Assembly: GCA_902572515.1 (NCBI GenBank)
Contig: CACGGJ010000004.1
Location: forward strand, 2,933 to 66,932
Reading direction: 5' to 3'
From: an uncultured Pelagibacteraceae bacterium
GTDB lineage: Bacteria > Pseudomonadota > Alphaproteobacteria > Pelagibacterales > Pelagibacteraceae
DNA length: 64,000 nt
The translations under genes and the position numbers were made by a program. How positions within the stretch are numbered: position 1 is the first letter of the stretch; each line of letters begins with the position of its first letter. The notes under the pieces are model-generated. The model saw only the letters and a program-made list of their open reading frames with translations, ran no database searches and was not told where the DNA came from. Positions 50,477 through 59,155 of this stretch are shown one piece after another.

Positions 50477-51655
50477 TCATTTCATTATATTGTTTGCAAC
50501 CCATTTGTGGAAATGATGGGTGGGATTATCCATCACAGGTGAAAAGTTTCCCCCATTATAAGATGGTGATTTTCTCCCATCTTGCATTCCCTCAATTATA
50601 TTTAAATCTTCACTTTGAACTCCTTTCCAAAGTTCAAAGTTTTGTTTTCTAAGTGATTTAAATTTTTTCGAATTTGCTGCTTCATTACCAACATAAAAAA
50701 TTTCCATATGTTCTTTTGTATATTCATTATTTACTGGTTCTAACCAGTAGGCATAAAAATGGTCTTTATGTATACCAAGCATAACGTTCGGGAAAAGAGC
50801 AACATATTCAGCAATATGCTCTTGATCTTTTGGCCAGTTTGGAAATGTTGGAAATTTTAAGCTACTCTTAAACCTTGGGTTATAAACCATGGTACCTTGT
50901 CCAGCAAAACGATTTGGTAATCCTTGGATGTGATAATGATCATCAATTTTTGAGTAAGAGTTTAAACCAGGATGAATCCATGGAAGATGATAACTTTCAC
51001 AATAATTTTCTATTGCGAATTTCCAATTACATTTAGCATTCAAATTAAAATAACCATAATCTTTCGAATAAACTATTAAATCTCTATCTTTAATTGGCCA
51101 AAATTTTTTCCATCTATCGCTTAAAGGTTTAATATATTTTTCAAAATCAATTTCATTATTATTTATATTTACAAAAATTAAATCTAACCAAACATGAGAT
51201 CTAACTTCCTTAAGACCGCTTTGTGATTTGCTAAATTTATTACAATTATGTTTATTCATTCCACCAATATGCGGTGTGGCTATTAATTTGCCGCTCATGT
51301 CATATGACCAAGAATGATACGGGCATCTTATTACATTCTTAATTTTACATTTTTCTTGAAGAATCTTAAAACCTCGATGACTACAAACATTATGAAAAAC
51401 TCTAATTTTATTATTTTTATCTCGTAAAATAATTAATGGAATTCCTAGCAGATCAAATGGTTTCGCGTCTCCAATATTTGGTAAGGAGCTACCAACACCA
51501 ATTACCACCCATTTATTTTCAAAAATTTTTTTTCTCTCAATAGATAAATAATCTGGATTGGTGTAACACTCATTTGGTAAGCCATGAGCTTTATCAATAT
51601 TTTTATTTACAACTTTTATTTTTTTTAAATCAACTATTTGAGATAACTTTTTCAT
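50477..51655 (-). CDS. Rieske oxygenase alpha subunit (choline monooxygenase/betaine demethylase group)
   Basis: NVCSHRG..CPYHSW Rieske motif, NWK..ENYCESYH..IHP, ED..IEGMQ. Confidence 0.82.
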   Translation of the reverse strand: MKKLSQIVDLKKIKVVNKNIDKAHGLPNECYTNPDYLSIERKKIFENKWVVIGVGSSLPNIGDAKPFDLLGIPLIILRDKNNKIRVFHNVCSHRGFKILQEKCKIKNVIRCPYHSWSYDMSGKLIATPHIGGMNKHNCNKFSKSQSGLKEVRSHVWLDLIFVNINNNEIDFEKYIKPLSDRWKKFWPIKDRDLIVYSKDYGYFNLNAKCNWKFAIENYCESYHLPWIHPGLNSYSKIDDHYHIQGLPNRFAGQGTMVYNPRFKSSLKFPTFPNWPKDQEHIAEYVALFPNVMLGIHKDHFYAYWLEPVNNEYTKEHMEIFYVGNEAANSKKFKSLRKQNFELWKGVQSEDLNIIEGMQDGRKSPSYNGGNFSPVMDNPTHHFHKWVANNIMK

Positions 51656-51931
51656 TTCAACTTTTATTAAACCTCCTTGTTTAAGTTGGAATTAATTAAA
51701 GCTAAATTTTTACGATTCTCTTATTATGATTTGTTGAAATACAGTTTTACAATTTAAAATATAAACAAATTCTTTGAAAAAAAAATTTGCAGAAAATTTC
51801 ATAATTAAACTTTATCTCTTAATAAATGTCATTTAAAGACAATTTAACTTCAACTAAAGGTTGAAAGATATTTGCAATCTTTTCGTTGATATGTTGTAGT
51901 GTTTAATCAAAAATTAACTAACGGAGATATA

Positions 51932-52942
51932 ATGAAAAAATTAAAAACAATTCTATTTTCCGCGCTTTTAGCATTCGGCATGACTTCTTTTGCAAATGCG
52001 TGTGGAAAATTAGTTATAGCCGAACAAAACTGGGCATCTGCCGAGTTAATGGCAAACGTTGATAAAATCATTCTCGAAGAAGGATATGGATGTGACGTAG
52101 AATTAGTACCTGGTGCTACTATGCCAACATTTACATCTATGAATGATAAAGGAACACCTGACATGAACCCTGAACAATGGGCGAATGCAGTTTACACTCC
52201 TTTAAAAAAAGCGGTAAGCGAAAAAAGATTAATTATTGCTAATAAAGCTCCAATTACAGGTCTAGGAGAAGGTTGGTGGTTAAATCCAGCAGCTTTAGAA
52301 AAACATCCAGAACTTAAAGGAATGACAGCTGTTCAAATTTTAGAACGTCCAGATTTATTTCCTGATAAAGAAGACCCATCAAAAGGTGCTTTCATGGGAT
52401 GTCCAGCAGGTTGGGGATGTCAATTAGCTAATGCAAATTTGTACAGAGCATTTGAAATGGAAAAAAAAGGTTGGAAACTTATTGATCCAGGTTCAGCTGC
52501 AGGTTTAGATGGTTCAATTGCTAAAGCGTCAGATTCTGGTGAGCCGTGGTTTGGATATTATTGGAACCCTACATCAATGGTTGGAAAATATAATTTGCAG
52601 CCAGTTGATTTTGGTGTTCCTTTTGCAGGTAGAGATAATTGGGACAATTGTATCACTCTTGCAGAACAAGATTGTGCAAATCCAAAGCCAACAGCTTGGA
52701 CAAAATCTGAAGTAAACTCAATTGTAAGTGCTAATTTTGCTAAAACTGGTGGAAAAGATGTACTTAAATATGTTGAGAGCAGAACTTTCCCAGGCACAGT
52801 GATGAATGGAATGTTAGTTTACATGGCTGACAACCAAGCAAAAGGTTCTGATGCTGCTGTTGAGTTTTTAATAAAGCATGAAGATATTTGGACTAAGTGG
52901 GTATCTTCAGATGCTGCAAAAAAAATCAAAAAAAGTTTATAA
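51932..52942 (+). CDS. proX: Glycine betaine/proline-type ABC substrate-binding protein
   Basis: Signal peptide; NWASAE, GCPAGWGC, GYYWNPT; start set to ATG 51932 behind GGAG. Confidence 0.8.
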   Translation: MKKLKTILFSALLAFGMTSFANACGKLVIAEQNWASAELMANVDKIILEEGYGCDVELVPGATMPTFTSMNDKGTPDMNPEQWANAVYTPLKKAVSEKRLIIANKAPITGLGEGWWLNPAALEKHPELKGMTAVQILERPDLFPDKEDPSKGAFMGCPAGWGCQLANANLYRAFEMEKKGWKLIDPGSAAGLDGSIAKASDSGEPWFGYYWNPTSMVGKYNLQPVDFGVPFAGRDNWDNCITLAEQDCANPKPTAWTKSEVNSIVSANFAKTGGKDVLKYVESRTFPGTVMNGMLVYMADNQAKGSDAAVEFLIKHEDIWTKWVSSDAAKKIKKSL

Positions 52943-52953
52943 TTAACTTTTAA

Positions 52954-52982
52954 TTACGAGCCTATTTAATATAGGCTCGTAA
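52954..52982 (+). terminator. Stem-loop between binding protein and permease genes
   Basis: 12-bp inverted repeat TTACGAGCCTAT/ATAGGCTCGTAA. Confidence 0.75.
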
Positions 52983-52994
52983 AATTTAATATTT

Positions 52995-53879
52995 ATGGAA
53001 TTTTTTACTGAATTTCCAGAAATGGGAAGAAGATCCCAAATGGAGCTAAGAAAAGGTATCGACTTAGCTTTTAGAAATTTTTCAAAAGAATATGGAGACA
53101 ACATAGAGGCATTTTTTGATCCATTATTATTTTTTTTAGTATCATTAGAAAAATTATTATTATCTACACCATGGATAATAATTATTGCAGTAATTTGTGG
53201 ATTAGCATGGCTGGGTTCAAAAAGTTGGAAATTAGTTACAGGAAGTGCAATTGCTTTTTTATTAATTGGTTATTTTGGAATGTGGGAAGATTGTATGGCA
53301 ACAGTTGCAATTATTACTGTATGTACAATCATTTGTATTGTTGTTGGTATTCCAATAGGAATTGTAATGGCTAGATCCTCTAGAGCAGAAAAAACAATAC
53401 TTCCTGTTTTGGATATGATGCAAACAATACCAAGTTTTGTTTATTTGATACCAATTTTAATGTTGTTAGGTATAGGAAAGGTTCCAGGGTTAATCGCTGT
53501 TTGTGTTTATGCAGTTCCTCCAATTATTAGATTAACTAATTTAGGTATTAGAGAAGTAGATAAAGAGACTTTGGAGGCTAGTGAAGCTTTTGGAGCAACT
53601 ACAACTCAAAAATTAAAATCTGTTCAAATTCCGCTAGCTTTACCCACTGTTTTTGCTGGTGTAAACCAAACCATAATGATGGCTTTAGCTATGGTGGTTA
53701 TTGCTTCTATGATAGGCGTAAAAGGTCTGGGTGTGCCAATATTAAGAGCTGTTTCTAACCAATATTTGGCTCTTGGTATGATGAATGGATTAGCAATAGT
53801 TGCTCTCGCAATTGTCTTTGATAGGGTCACTCAAGAATATGGAAGAAGGATCCAAAAGCATAGAGGCCAGATAAAATAA
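52995..53879 (+). CDS. proW: Glycine betaine/proline ABC permease
   Basis: LDMMQTIPSFVYLIP, PPIIRLTNLGIR, GVNQTIMMALAMVVIASMIG. Confidence 0.88.
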   Translation: MEFFTEFPEMGRRSQMELRKGIDLAFRNFSKEYGDNIEAFFDPLLFFLVSLEKLLLSTPWIIIIAVICGLAWLGSKSWKLVTGSAIAFLLIGYFGMWEDCMATVAIITVCTIICIVVGIPIGIVMARSSRAEKTILPVLDMMQTIPSFVYLIPILMLLGIGKVPGLIAVCVYAVPPIIRLTNLGIREVDKETLEASEAFGATTTQKLKSVQIPLALPTVFAGVNQTIMMALAMVVIASMIGVKGLGVPILRAVSNQYLALGMMNGLAIVALAIVFDRVTQEYGRRIQKHRGQIK

Positions 53880-53941
53880 TTGATTATTTGTTGCATCGAA
53901 TTTTCTAGACTCATATTTCAAAATAAATAAAGATCTTCCCT

Positions 53942-54670
53942 ATGAATTTTTCATTGGAAATAGGACCTAAAACAGAGGTTGATACAGTTCCAGCATTGTC
54001 TGATGTTTACATTACAATGCTACCTGGAGGTGATTACAGAGAAACTGCTGATAAAGCAGTAGAGCTTGTAAAGAAAGGATTTAATCCTGTACCTCATTTT
54101 CCTGCTAGATCAATGCATGATGAAAAAGAACTTAAAGATTATGTTTCTAGATGCAAAGATGGAGGAGTAAAGCAAGCCTTAATTATTGGAGGTGGAAGAG
54201 AACCGGCAGGTAAGTTTGATAGTTCCTTTCAACTTTTAGAGACAGGTTATTTTGAAAAAATGAAAATAGGAATTGCTGGACATCCCGAGGGGAGTCCTGA
54301 TATATCCGACTCAGATTTAGAAAAAGCTATGATAGATAAAAAGCCTTACGCTGATTATATTGTAACACAGTGGTTACTTGATCCTCAGCCTATTATAGAT
54401 TTTATTTCTAAGCAAAGCGTACCAGTGCATGTGGGAATTACTGGGCCATTAAAAATATCCAGCCTAATTAAATTTGCTAATATTGTTGGGGCAAAAAATT
54501 CCTTAAACTTTCTTAAATCTAATTTTAGTAAGGCATTGGATTTATTGAAACCTAAAGACCCTAATGATTTAATTGGGAAAGTTAAATCGCACACTGATAA
54601 CTTCCACATTTATACATTCGGCGGCTTGAAGGAAACTAACAAGTGGTTGAAGGAGAATAGTTATGTCTAA
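53942..54670 (+). CDS. metF: Short methylenetetrahydrofolate reductase
   Basis: PVPHFPARS, GIAGHPEG, YIVTQW, HIYTFGG; coupled to a THF-dependent methyltransferase. Confidence 0.75.
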   Translation: MNFSLEIGPKTEVDTVPALSDVYITMLPGGDYRETADKAVELVKKGFNPVPHFPARSMHDEKELKDYVSRCKDGGVKQALIIGGGREPAGKFDSSFQLLETGYFEKMKIGIAGHPEGSPDISDSDLEKAMIDKKPYADYIVTQWLLDPQPIIDFISKQSVPVHVGITGPLKISSLIKFANIVGAKNSLNFLKSNFSKALDLLKPKDPNDLIGKVKSHTDNFHIYTFGGLKETNKWLKENSYV

Positions 54671-56021
54671 AGAATTTGACTATACTAAAGTACAACATGT
54701 TACTTCTGTTGATCAATCTGATAGAGAAGTACCATACAATTTAAGACAAAGTGGGCCAACTAAAGTTGAATTATTAATTTCAACAAGGGTAAGAAAGTCA
54801 CCTTATTGGCATTTATCAATGCAGGCAGGTTGTTGGAGAGCAACTGTATACAATCGAATTTATCACCCAAGAGGCTATGTAAAACCTGAAGATGGTGGAG
54901 CAATGGTTGAATACGATGCTATCGTAAACCATGTAACAATGTGGAACGTTGCTGTTGAAAGACAAATAAGAGTTAAAGGTCCTGATGCAGAAAAGTTTAC
55001 TGACTACGTTATAACTAGAGATGCAACAAAAATTTCTCCTATGAGAGCTAGATATGTAATCTTGTGTAATGCTTATGGAGGAGTTTTAAATGATCCTATT
55101 CTTTTAAGAATTTCAAAAGATGAATTTTGGTTTTCATTATCAGACTCTGATATAGGAATGTATTTACAAGGTGTAAATGCAGATGGAAGATTTAACTGTA
55201 CAATTGAAGAAATTGATGCATGTCCAGTACAAATTCAAGGTCCTAAATCAAAAGCTTTAATGAAAGATCTTTGTGGAGATCAAGTTGATTTTGATAATAT
55301 GCCTTTCTATGGATTAGCAGAAGCAACAATTGGTGGAAGAAGTTGTGTAATTTCTCAATCTGGTTTTTCAGGAGAAGCTGGTTATGAAATATATTTAAGA
55401 AATGCAACTTTATATGCTGAAGATATGTGGAATGCAGTATTGGATGCAGGAAAAAAACATAAGTTGATGGTTATTGCGCCTGCGCACCACAGAAGAATAC
55501 AAGCTGGTATTCTTTCTTGGGGGCAAGACATGGATCAACAACATAATCCGTTTCAATGCAATTTAGGTTATCAAGTTTCATTATCTGGTAAAGGTGAATG
55601 GAATAAAAAAGCTGACTATGTTGGTAAAGCTGCTTTAGAAAAAATGAAAGCAGACATAAAAGCTGGTCAAAAACCATACAAACTTCAATTAGTTGGGATG
55701 GAATTAGGTGGTAAGCCTATTGACGATTATGCGCCTGACTTTTGGTTAGTATCACCAGAAAGTGGTGGAGATCCAGTTGGATTTATTACTTCACCATGGT
55801 GGCATCCAGAAAAGAAAACTAATATTGCTATGGGATATGTTCCATTTGACGGAACTTTAAACCCTAATGGATTTCCAAAAGGAAAAGTTGGAACTAAGTT
55901 TAAAGTTCATCTTCCAGAAAAATACTCGGACACTCCAGGAACGCCTGTAGACGCTGTAGTTGTGGATATTCCATTCAAAGAATCCTTCAACGCAAATACA
56001 AGAGAAGTTGTAAAAGGCTAA
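54663..56021 (+). CDS. GcvT/DmdA-family THF-dependent aminomethyltransferase
   Basis: RVRKSPY, VTMWNVAVERQI.VKGPDA, LNDPILL, QSGFSGEAGYEI, RRIQAGILSWG. Confidence 0.85.
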   Translation: MSKEFDYTKVQHVTSVDQSDREVPYNLRQSGPTKVELLISTRVRKSPYWHLSMQAGCWRATVYNRIYHPRGYVKPEDGGAMVEYDAIVNHVTMWNVAVERQIRVKGPDAEKFTDYVITRDATKISPMRARYVILCNAYGGVLNDPILLRISKDEFWFSLSDSDIGMYLQGVNADGRFNCTIEEIDACPVQIQGPKSKALMKDLCGDQVDFDNMPFYGLAEATIGGRSCVISQSGFSGEAGYEIYLRNATLYAEDMWNAVLDAGKKHKLMVIAPAHHRRIQAGILSWGQDMDQQHNPFQCNLGYQVSLSGKGEWNKKADYVGKAALEKMKADIKAGQKPYKLQLVGMELGGKPIDDYAPDFWLVSPESGGDPVGFITSPWWHPEKKTNIAMGYVPFDGTLNPNGFPKGKVGTKFKVHLPEKYSDTPGTPVDAVVVDIPFKESFNANTREVVKG

Positions 56022-56030
56022 AATTCAATG

Positions 56031-56057
56031 AAGGGGAGCTAATTCAGCTCCCCTTTT
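56031..56057 (+). terminator. Rho-independent terminator
   Basis: AAGGGGAGCT-aattc-AGCTCCCCTT followed by T-run, just after the stop. Confidence 0.85.
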
Positions 56058-56065
56058 CAACTTTA

Positions 56066-56176
56066 ATGACCAAAAGTTTTCTAATAGCAGTTTGCATTAT
56101 CATTGCTATTGCTTTAATAATATTTCCATTAATTGTTTCATATAAAGCTCAAAAAAATAAAAACAAAAAAAATTAA
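56066..56176 (+). CDS. Small single-TM protein, 36 aa (not in ORF track)
   Basis: MTKSFLIAVCIIIAIALIIFPLIVSYKAQKNKNKKN; TAATG overlap with the next gene. Confidence 0.65.
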   Translation: MTKSFLIAVCIIIAIALIIFPLIVSYKAQKNKNKKN

Positions 56177-56721
56177 TGTTTGCTGAATTTTTAAATATAA
56201 TTTTTAAGTCAATTAAATTAGATAAAACTCTTTATTCAGATAATAAAAATTTTGGGGAAGCATCAATATACTTTGCTGGGATTATAATGATCCTAGATGG
56301 TATAGCTGGGGCTGTAGCAGCGAATACGATTATTAAAACAGCTATTGCAATGTCTGGTCTAACTGCAATAGTTACTTGGCTAATATGGGCGATTTTTATT
56401 TTTGTAATTGGAGTGAAATTATTTCCTGATAAACAAACCAAAGTTTCATTCAAAAAAGTTTTAACAGCTGTTGGATTTGCACATGCCCCTGGTTTATTAA
56501 GATTTTTTGCAGTCACACCAGATTTAATGATACCAATAATTTTTCTTACCCAGTTTTGGATTTTTGCAGGTTTAATAATTTCAACTAAACAAATATTGAG
56601 TTTAAAATCTAATTTTAAATCTTTTGGGATTGTACTTTTATCTTTTTTAATTATTGCATTTTTATCTATCTCATTTGTGATGAGTAGGATGAATATGCTT
56701 CCAGTTAGTCAAATCAGTTAA
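56176..56721 (+). CDS. Yip1-like membrane protein
   Basis: About 5 TM; VGFAHAPGLL motif. Confidence 0.6.
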   Translation: MFAEFLNIIFKSIKLDKTLYSDNKNFGEASIYFAGIIMILDGIAGAVAANTIIKTAIAMSGLTAIVTWLIWAIFIFVIGVKLFPDKQTKVSFKKVLTAVGFAHAPGLLRFFAVTPDLMIPIIFLTQFWIFAGLIISTKQILSLKSNFKSFGIVLLSFLIIAFLSISFVMSRMNMLPVSQIS

Positions 56722-56885
56722 AGTGGAAAAATAGTCTTAGATACTCTACAAGATTTACACAATTTAAACCCAGTAAGAATTAAATTTTGAGTGACACTTT
56801 CGTCTTCCTCTTTGCATTCATCGCAAATATTGTTTAATTCTTCAGTATCTGTATTAAGATATTTTTCATCAATTTTATCAGTCAT
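56718..56885 (-). CDS. Small C4 zinc-finger-like protein, 55 aa (not in ORF track)
   Basis: MTDKIDEKYLNTDTEELNNICDECKEEDESVTQNLILTGFKLCKSCRVSKTIFPL; fills the gap exactly, 8-nt overlap with the upstream gene. Confidence 0.75.
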   Translation of the reverse strand: MTDKIDEKYLNTDTEELNNICDECKEEDESVTQNLILTGFKLCKSCRVSKTIFPL

Positions 56886-57489
56886 TATCTGTTAAACCAG
56901 CACCTGCCGCACCTTCTTTTAAACTGTCACTTTCTTCGACAAAAGTTTCTTCAGATAACTTGTATAAATTATTCCATTCATCGTCTGTAAAGTTGTCTTC
57001 ATTTTCAAGTAGATTTACTTCAATAGTATTTGCTAATTTTGGAAAATCTTGATTAATAAAATTTGAACTAATATTTACATTTAAATTTAGTAAAATTTTT
57101 TTTTCATCCATTTCTACATAAATTTTTTTTCCAATAATTTCTGATGAACGACTTATGAAGGAAATAAAAATTATTGGATAAGCAACATTTTTAAACTCAA
57201 TTTTTTTTGAATTTTCTAAAACATTTATTTGATCTAAAAAACTAACACCTAAAGTAATTGGGCAGTAAGAATTATTTGATGAAGAGTTATTTTTACTAAT
57301 TAAATTTAAATTTTCAAATTTACTTTTATTTTTTTGATTAAAATATTCATTAAGGTGCTTAATACCCGGTAAACTAAATAACTCTAACAATCTTATACTT
57401 TTTCCTGTTTCCTCAGAAACTCCCCAAGAATATCCTGCCGCCTTTGAAGCTCTTTTAACAGTAGTTTCAATTTCACTCAGTGATTTCAT
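56878..57489 (-). CDS. DUF3726 family protein
   Basis: SLSEIETTVKRASKAAGYSWG, C-terminal GAGAGLTDND. Confidence 0.8.
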   Translation of the reverse strand: MKSLSEIETTVKRASKAAGYSWGVSEETGKSIRLLELFSLPGIKHLNEYFNQKNKSKFENLNLISKNNSSSNNSYCPITLGVSFLDQINVLENSKKIEFKNVAYPIIFISFISRSSEIIGKKIYVEMDEKKILLNLNVNISSNFINQDFPKLANTIEVNLLENEDNFTDDEWNNLYKLSEETFVEESDSLKEGAAGAGLTDND

Positions 57490-57491
57490 TA

Positions 57492-59153
57492 TTAAATATT
57501 GGTTTTATATACCCACTGCTCGTCATAACTTTTTAACTCATTTGGAAGTGGAGCTCCTTGGAACATGCAAATTCTTAACCATTTGTCTGATCGAGGATCA
57601 AATTTTAATGCCCCAAAAAAAGATAATTTTAGTCTTAGCATGTCAATTGGCATTAAATCTTTACCTATTGTATTATCTTGTATTTCTGAATAAGGAAATT
57701 TTTCTACAATGAACGCTCTTCTTACAACATGTCTTAAATCAGAATTTAAGGTTAAAAACTCAGCAATAGTTAAACTATTTTTTGAGACTAATAATTTGTC
57801 ATAAAGTTTTTTTATATCTCTTGCTATTGCTAAAGGCTGTTCAAATTCTGATCCATGCTCTTCAAAACGATCCGCCAATCGAGGTTCCTCTTTATTTTTT
57901 GAGATAAACCAAAAGTTTTTATTATTTTCTTTTTCTTCAAAATTAATATCCAAAATGTTTGGATACTTTGCTTCGATGATATTACACAATTCTTCAACTT
58001 TTCTATGAGTTGGAATATTAAAATATTTTTCCTCATCTGAGCTCATTTCTTTCACCAAAGGATTTACAATATTGTCGTAAGGTTCCATCATTATTGAAAC
58101 AATGTATTCAATACATTCCTCACAGGTATTCTCCTCTAACCATTGATATATTTTGTTAAAAGGATATTCGATATCAAAATTAAAATCTTTGTTTATAAAA
58201 TTTAAAAATTTTTCAACATCCTTTAATAATGAAGAAATTTTTTTTTGTTGATATTCGCTATCAGTATTCCAGCTTGTAATATTTCTTAATGATTTTTTTA
58301 CACAATCTATAAATAAATCACTATCTTGACTTTTTGCTTTTTTGATTTCTCTAATTTTCTTAAGTGCTTTTTCTCTACTTAAAATCCAATTATTTAATAG
58401 AGTTGGGTGATTGACTATAAATGGAGCCATACCCAAGCCTGTGGAATTACCTATTCCCAAGTTTTTACAAATATTATCATCGAGCTTAACGGCTGTTTTT
58501 GGATTTTTATGATAAGCAACATGATTAACTTGATCAAAAGTAAATTGTCTTACCAGATATACCAACATCATTTCCAATCTAAATGGACCATTAATTTCTT
58601 CACGATTTTTAATTCTAAATCGATCTGCAAGACCAAATTTACCCGATCCATATACTGCCGTAGTTCTATATAAATATCCTACTTTTGATAATAAGTTTAA
58701 ATCTGGCTGCTGACCATTGCTCAAACTTTCAACTACATGATTATAAATTCTTACTGATTTGTTTGCTCTTGATAAAGTTAATTCTTTATAAGAAAGTCTA
58801 CCAACTTCTTGTTTTGGAACTTCATTTTTTAATCTTTCAATATCTTTTTTTGCAGGAACTCCATCATGTAATGTAAAAGCTGCATCCCATTTTGTAGCAA
58901 TAACTCTATCTGATCTTTCTTCATCTTTGATTTCATTTGCAAAACAAACTAGAGAATAAACTCTTTTATTTTTTTTAAATGAATAAACAGCTTCTCCAAA
59001 GCCATTTTCATTTAAATTAAATAAGTCTCTTTTATATTCCCACTCTTTAAATTCATTAAGAAAACTTCTTAAAAAAGATAATTTTGATTGATGAAAAGAT
59101 CCTAACCTTGATAATTTCATTATCTTGTTTGGGTCTCTTAATTCTACTTTCAT
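57492..59153 (-). CDS. Conserved hypothetical protein linked to the membrane-dipeptidase gene
   Basis: 553 aa with conserved-looking blocks RSDRVIATKWD, RTTAVYGSGKFG, GIGNSTGLGMAPF, MFQGAP. Confidence 0.75.
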   Translation of the reverse strand: MKVELRDPNKIMKLSRLGSFHQSKLSFLRSFLNEFKEWEYKRDLFNLNENGFGEAVYSFKKNKRVYSLVCFANEIKDEERSDRVIATKWDAAFTLHDGVPAKKDIERLKNEVPKQEVGRLSYKELTLSRANKSVRIYNHVVESLSNGQQPDLNLLSKVGYLYRTTAVYGSGKFGLADRFRIKNREEINGPFRLEMMLVYLVRQFTFDQVNHVAYHKNPKTAVKLDDNICKNLGIGNSTGLGMAPFIVNHPTLLNNWILSREKALKKIREIKKAKSQDSDLFIDCVKKSLRNITSWNTDSEYQQKKISSLLKDVEKFLNFINKDFNFDIEYPFNKIYQWLEENTCEECIEYIVSIMMEPYDNIVNPLVKEMSSDEEKYFNIPTHRKVEELCNIIEAKYPNILDINFEEKENNKNFWFISKNKEEPRLADRFEEHGSEFEQPLAIARDIKKLYDKLLVSKNSLTIAEFLTLNSDLRHVVRRAFIVEKFPYSEIQDNTIGKDLMPIDMLRLKLSFFGALKFDPRSDKWLRICMFQGAPLPNELKSYDEQWVYKTNI

Positions 59154-59155
59154 AA

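Noticed and set aside
51671-51680. Match to the CsrA/RsmA site consensus (ACAAGGAGGU in a hairpin loop)
   Set aside because: CsrA is generally absent from Alphaproteobacteria and the motif resembles any SD; kept only as a generic hairpin.
51710-51802. 30-aa minus-strand ORF (MKFSANFFF...) in the divergent spacer
   Set aside because: No SD and low-complexity AT sequence; probably promoter DNA.
53910-53923. 14-bp repeat CTCATATTTCAAAA also at 22322-22335, both intergenic (possible shared promoter element)
   Set aside because: An AT-rich 14-mer with only two copies is compatible with chance; needs TSS data.
54663-56021. DMSP demethylase DmdA or true GcvT
   Set aside because: Same family, but it is longer with an N-terminal extension, and no gcvH/gcvP is adjacent; specificity cannot be assigned from sequence.
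2556-58876. Many 60-136 aa ORFs nested in or antisense to larger genes (e.g. 9278, 12745, 35545, 38433, 45559)
   Set aside because: Shadow frames of well-supported genes with no motifs.
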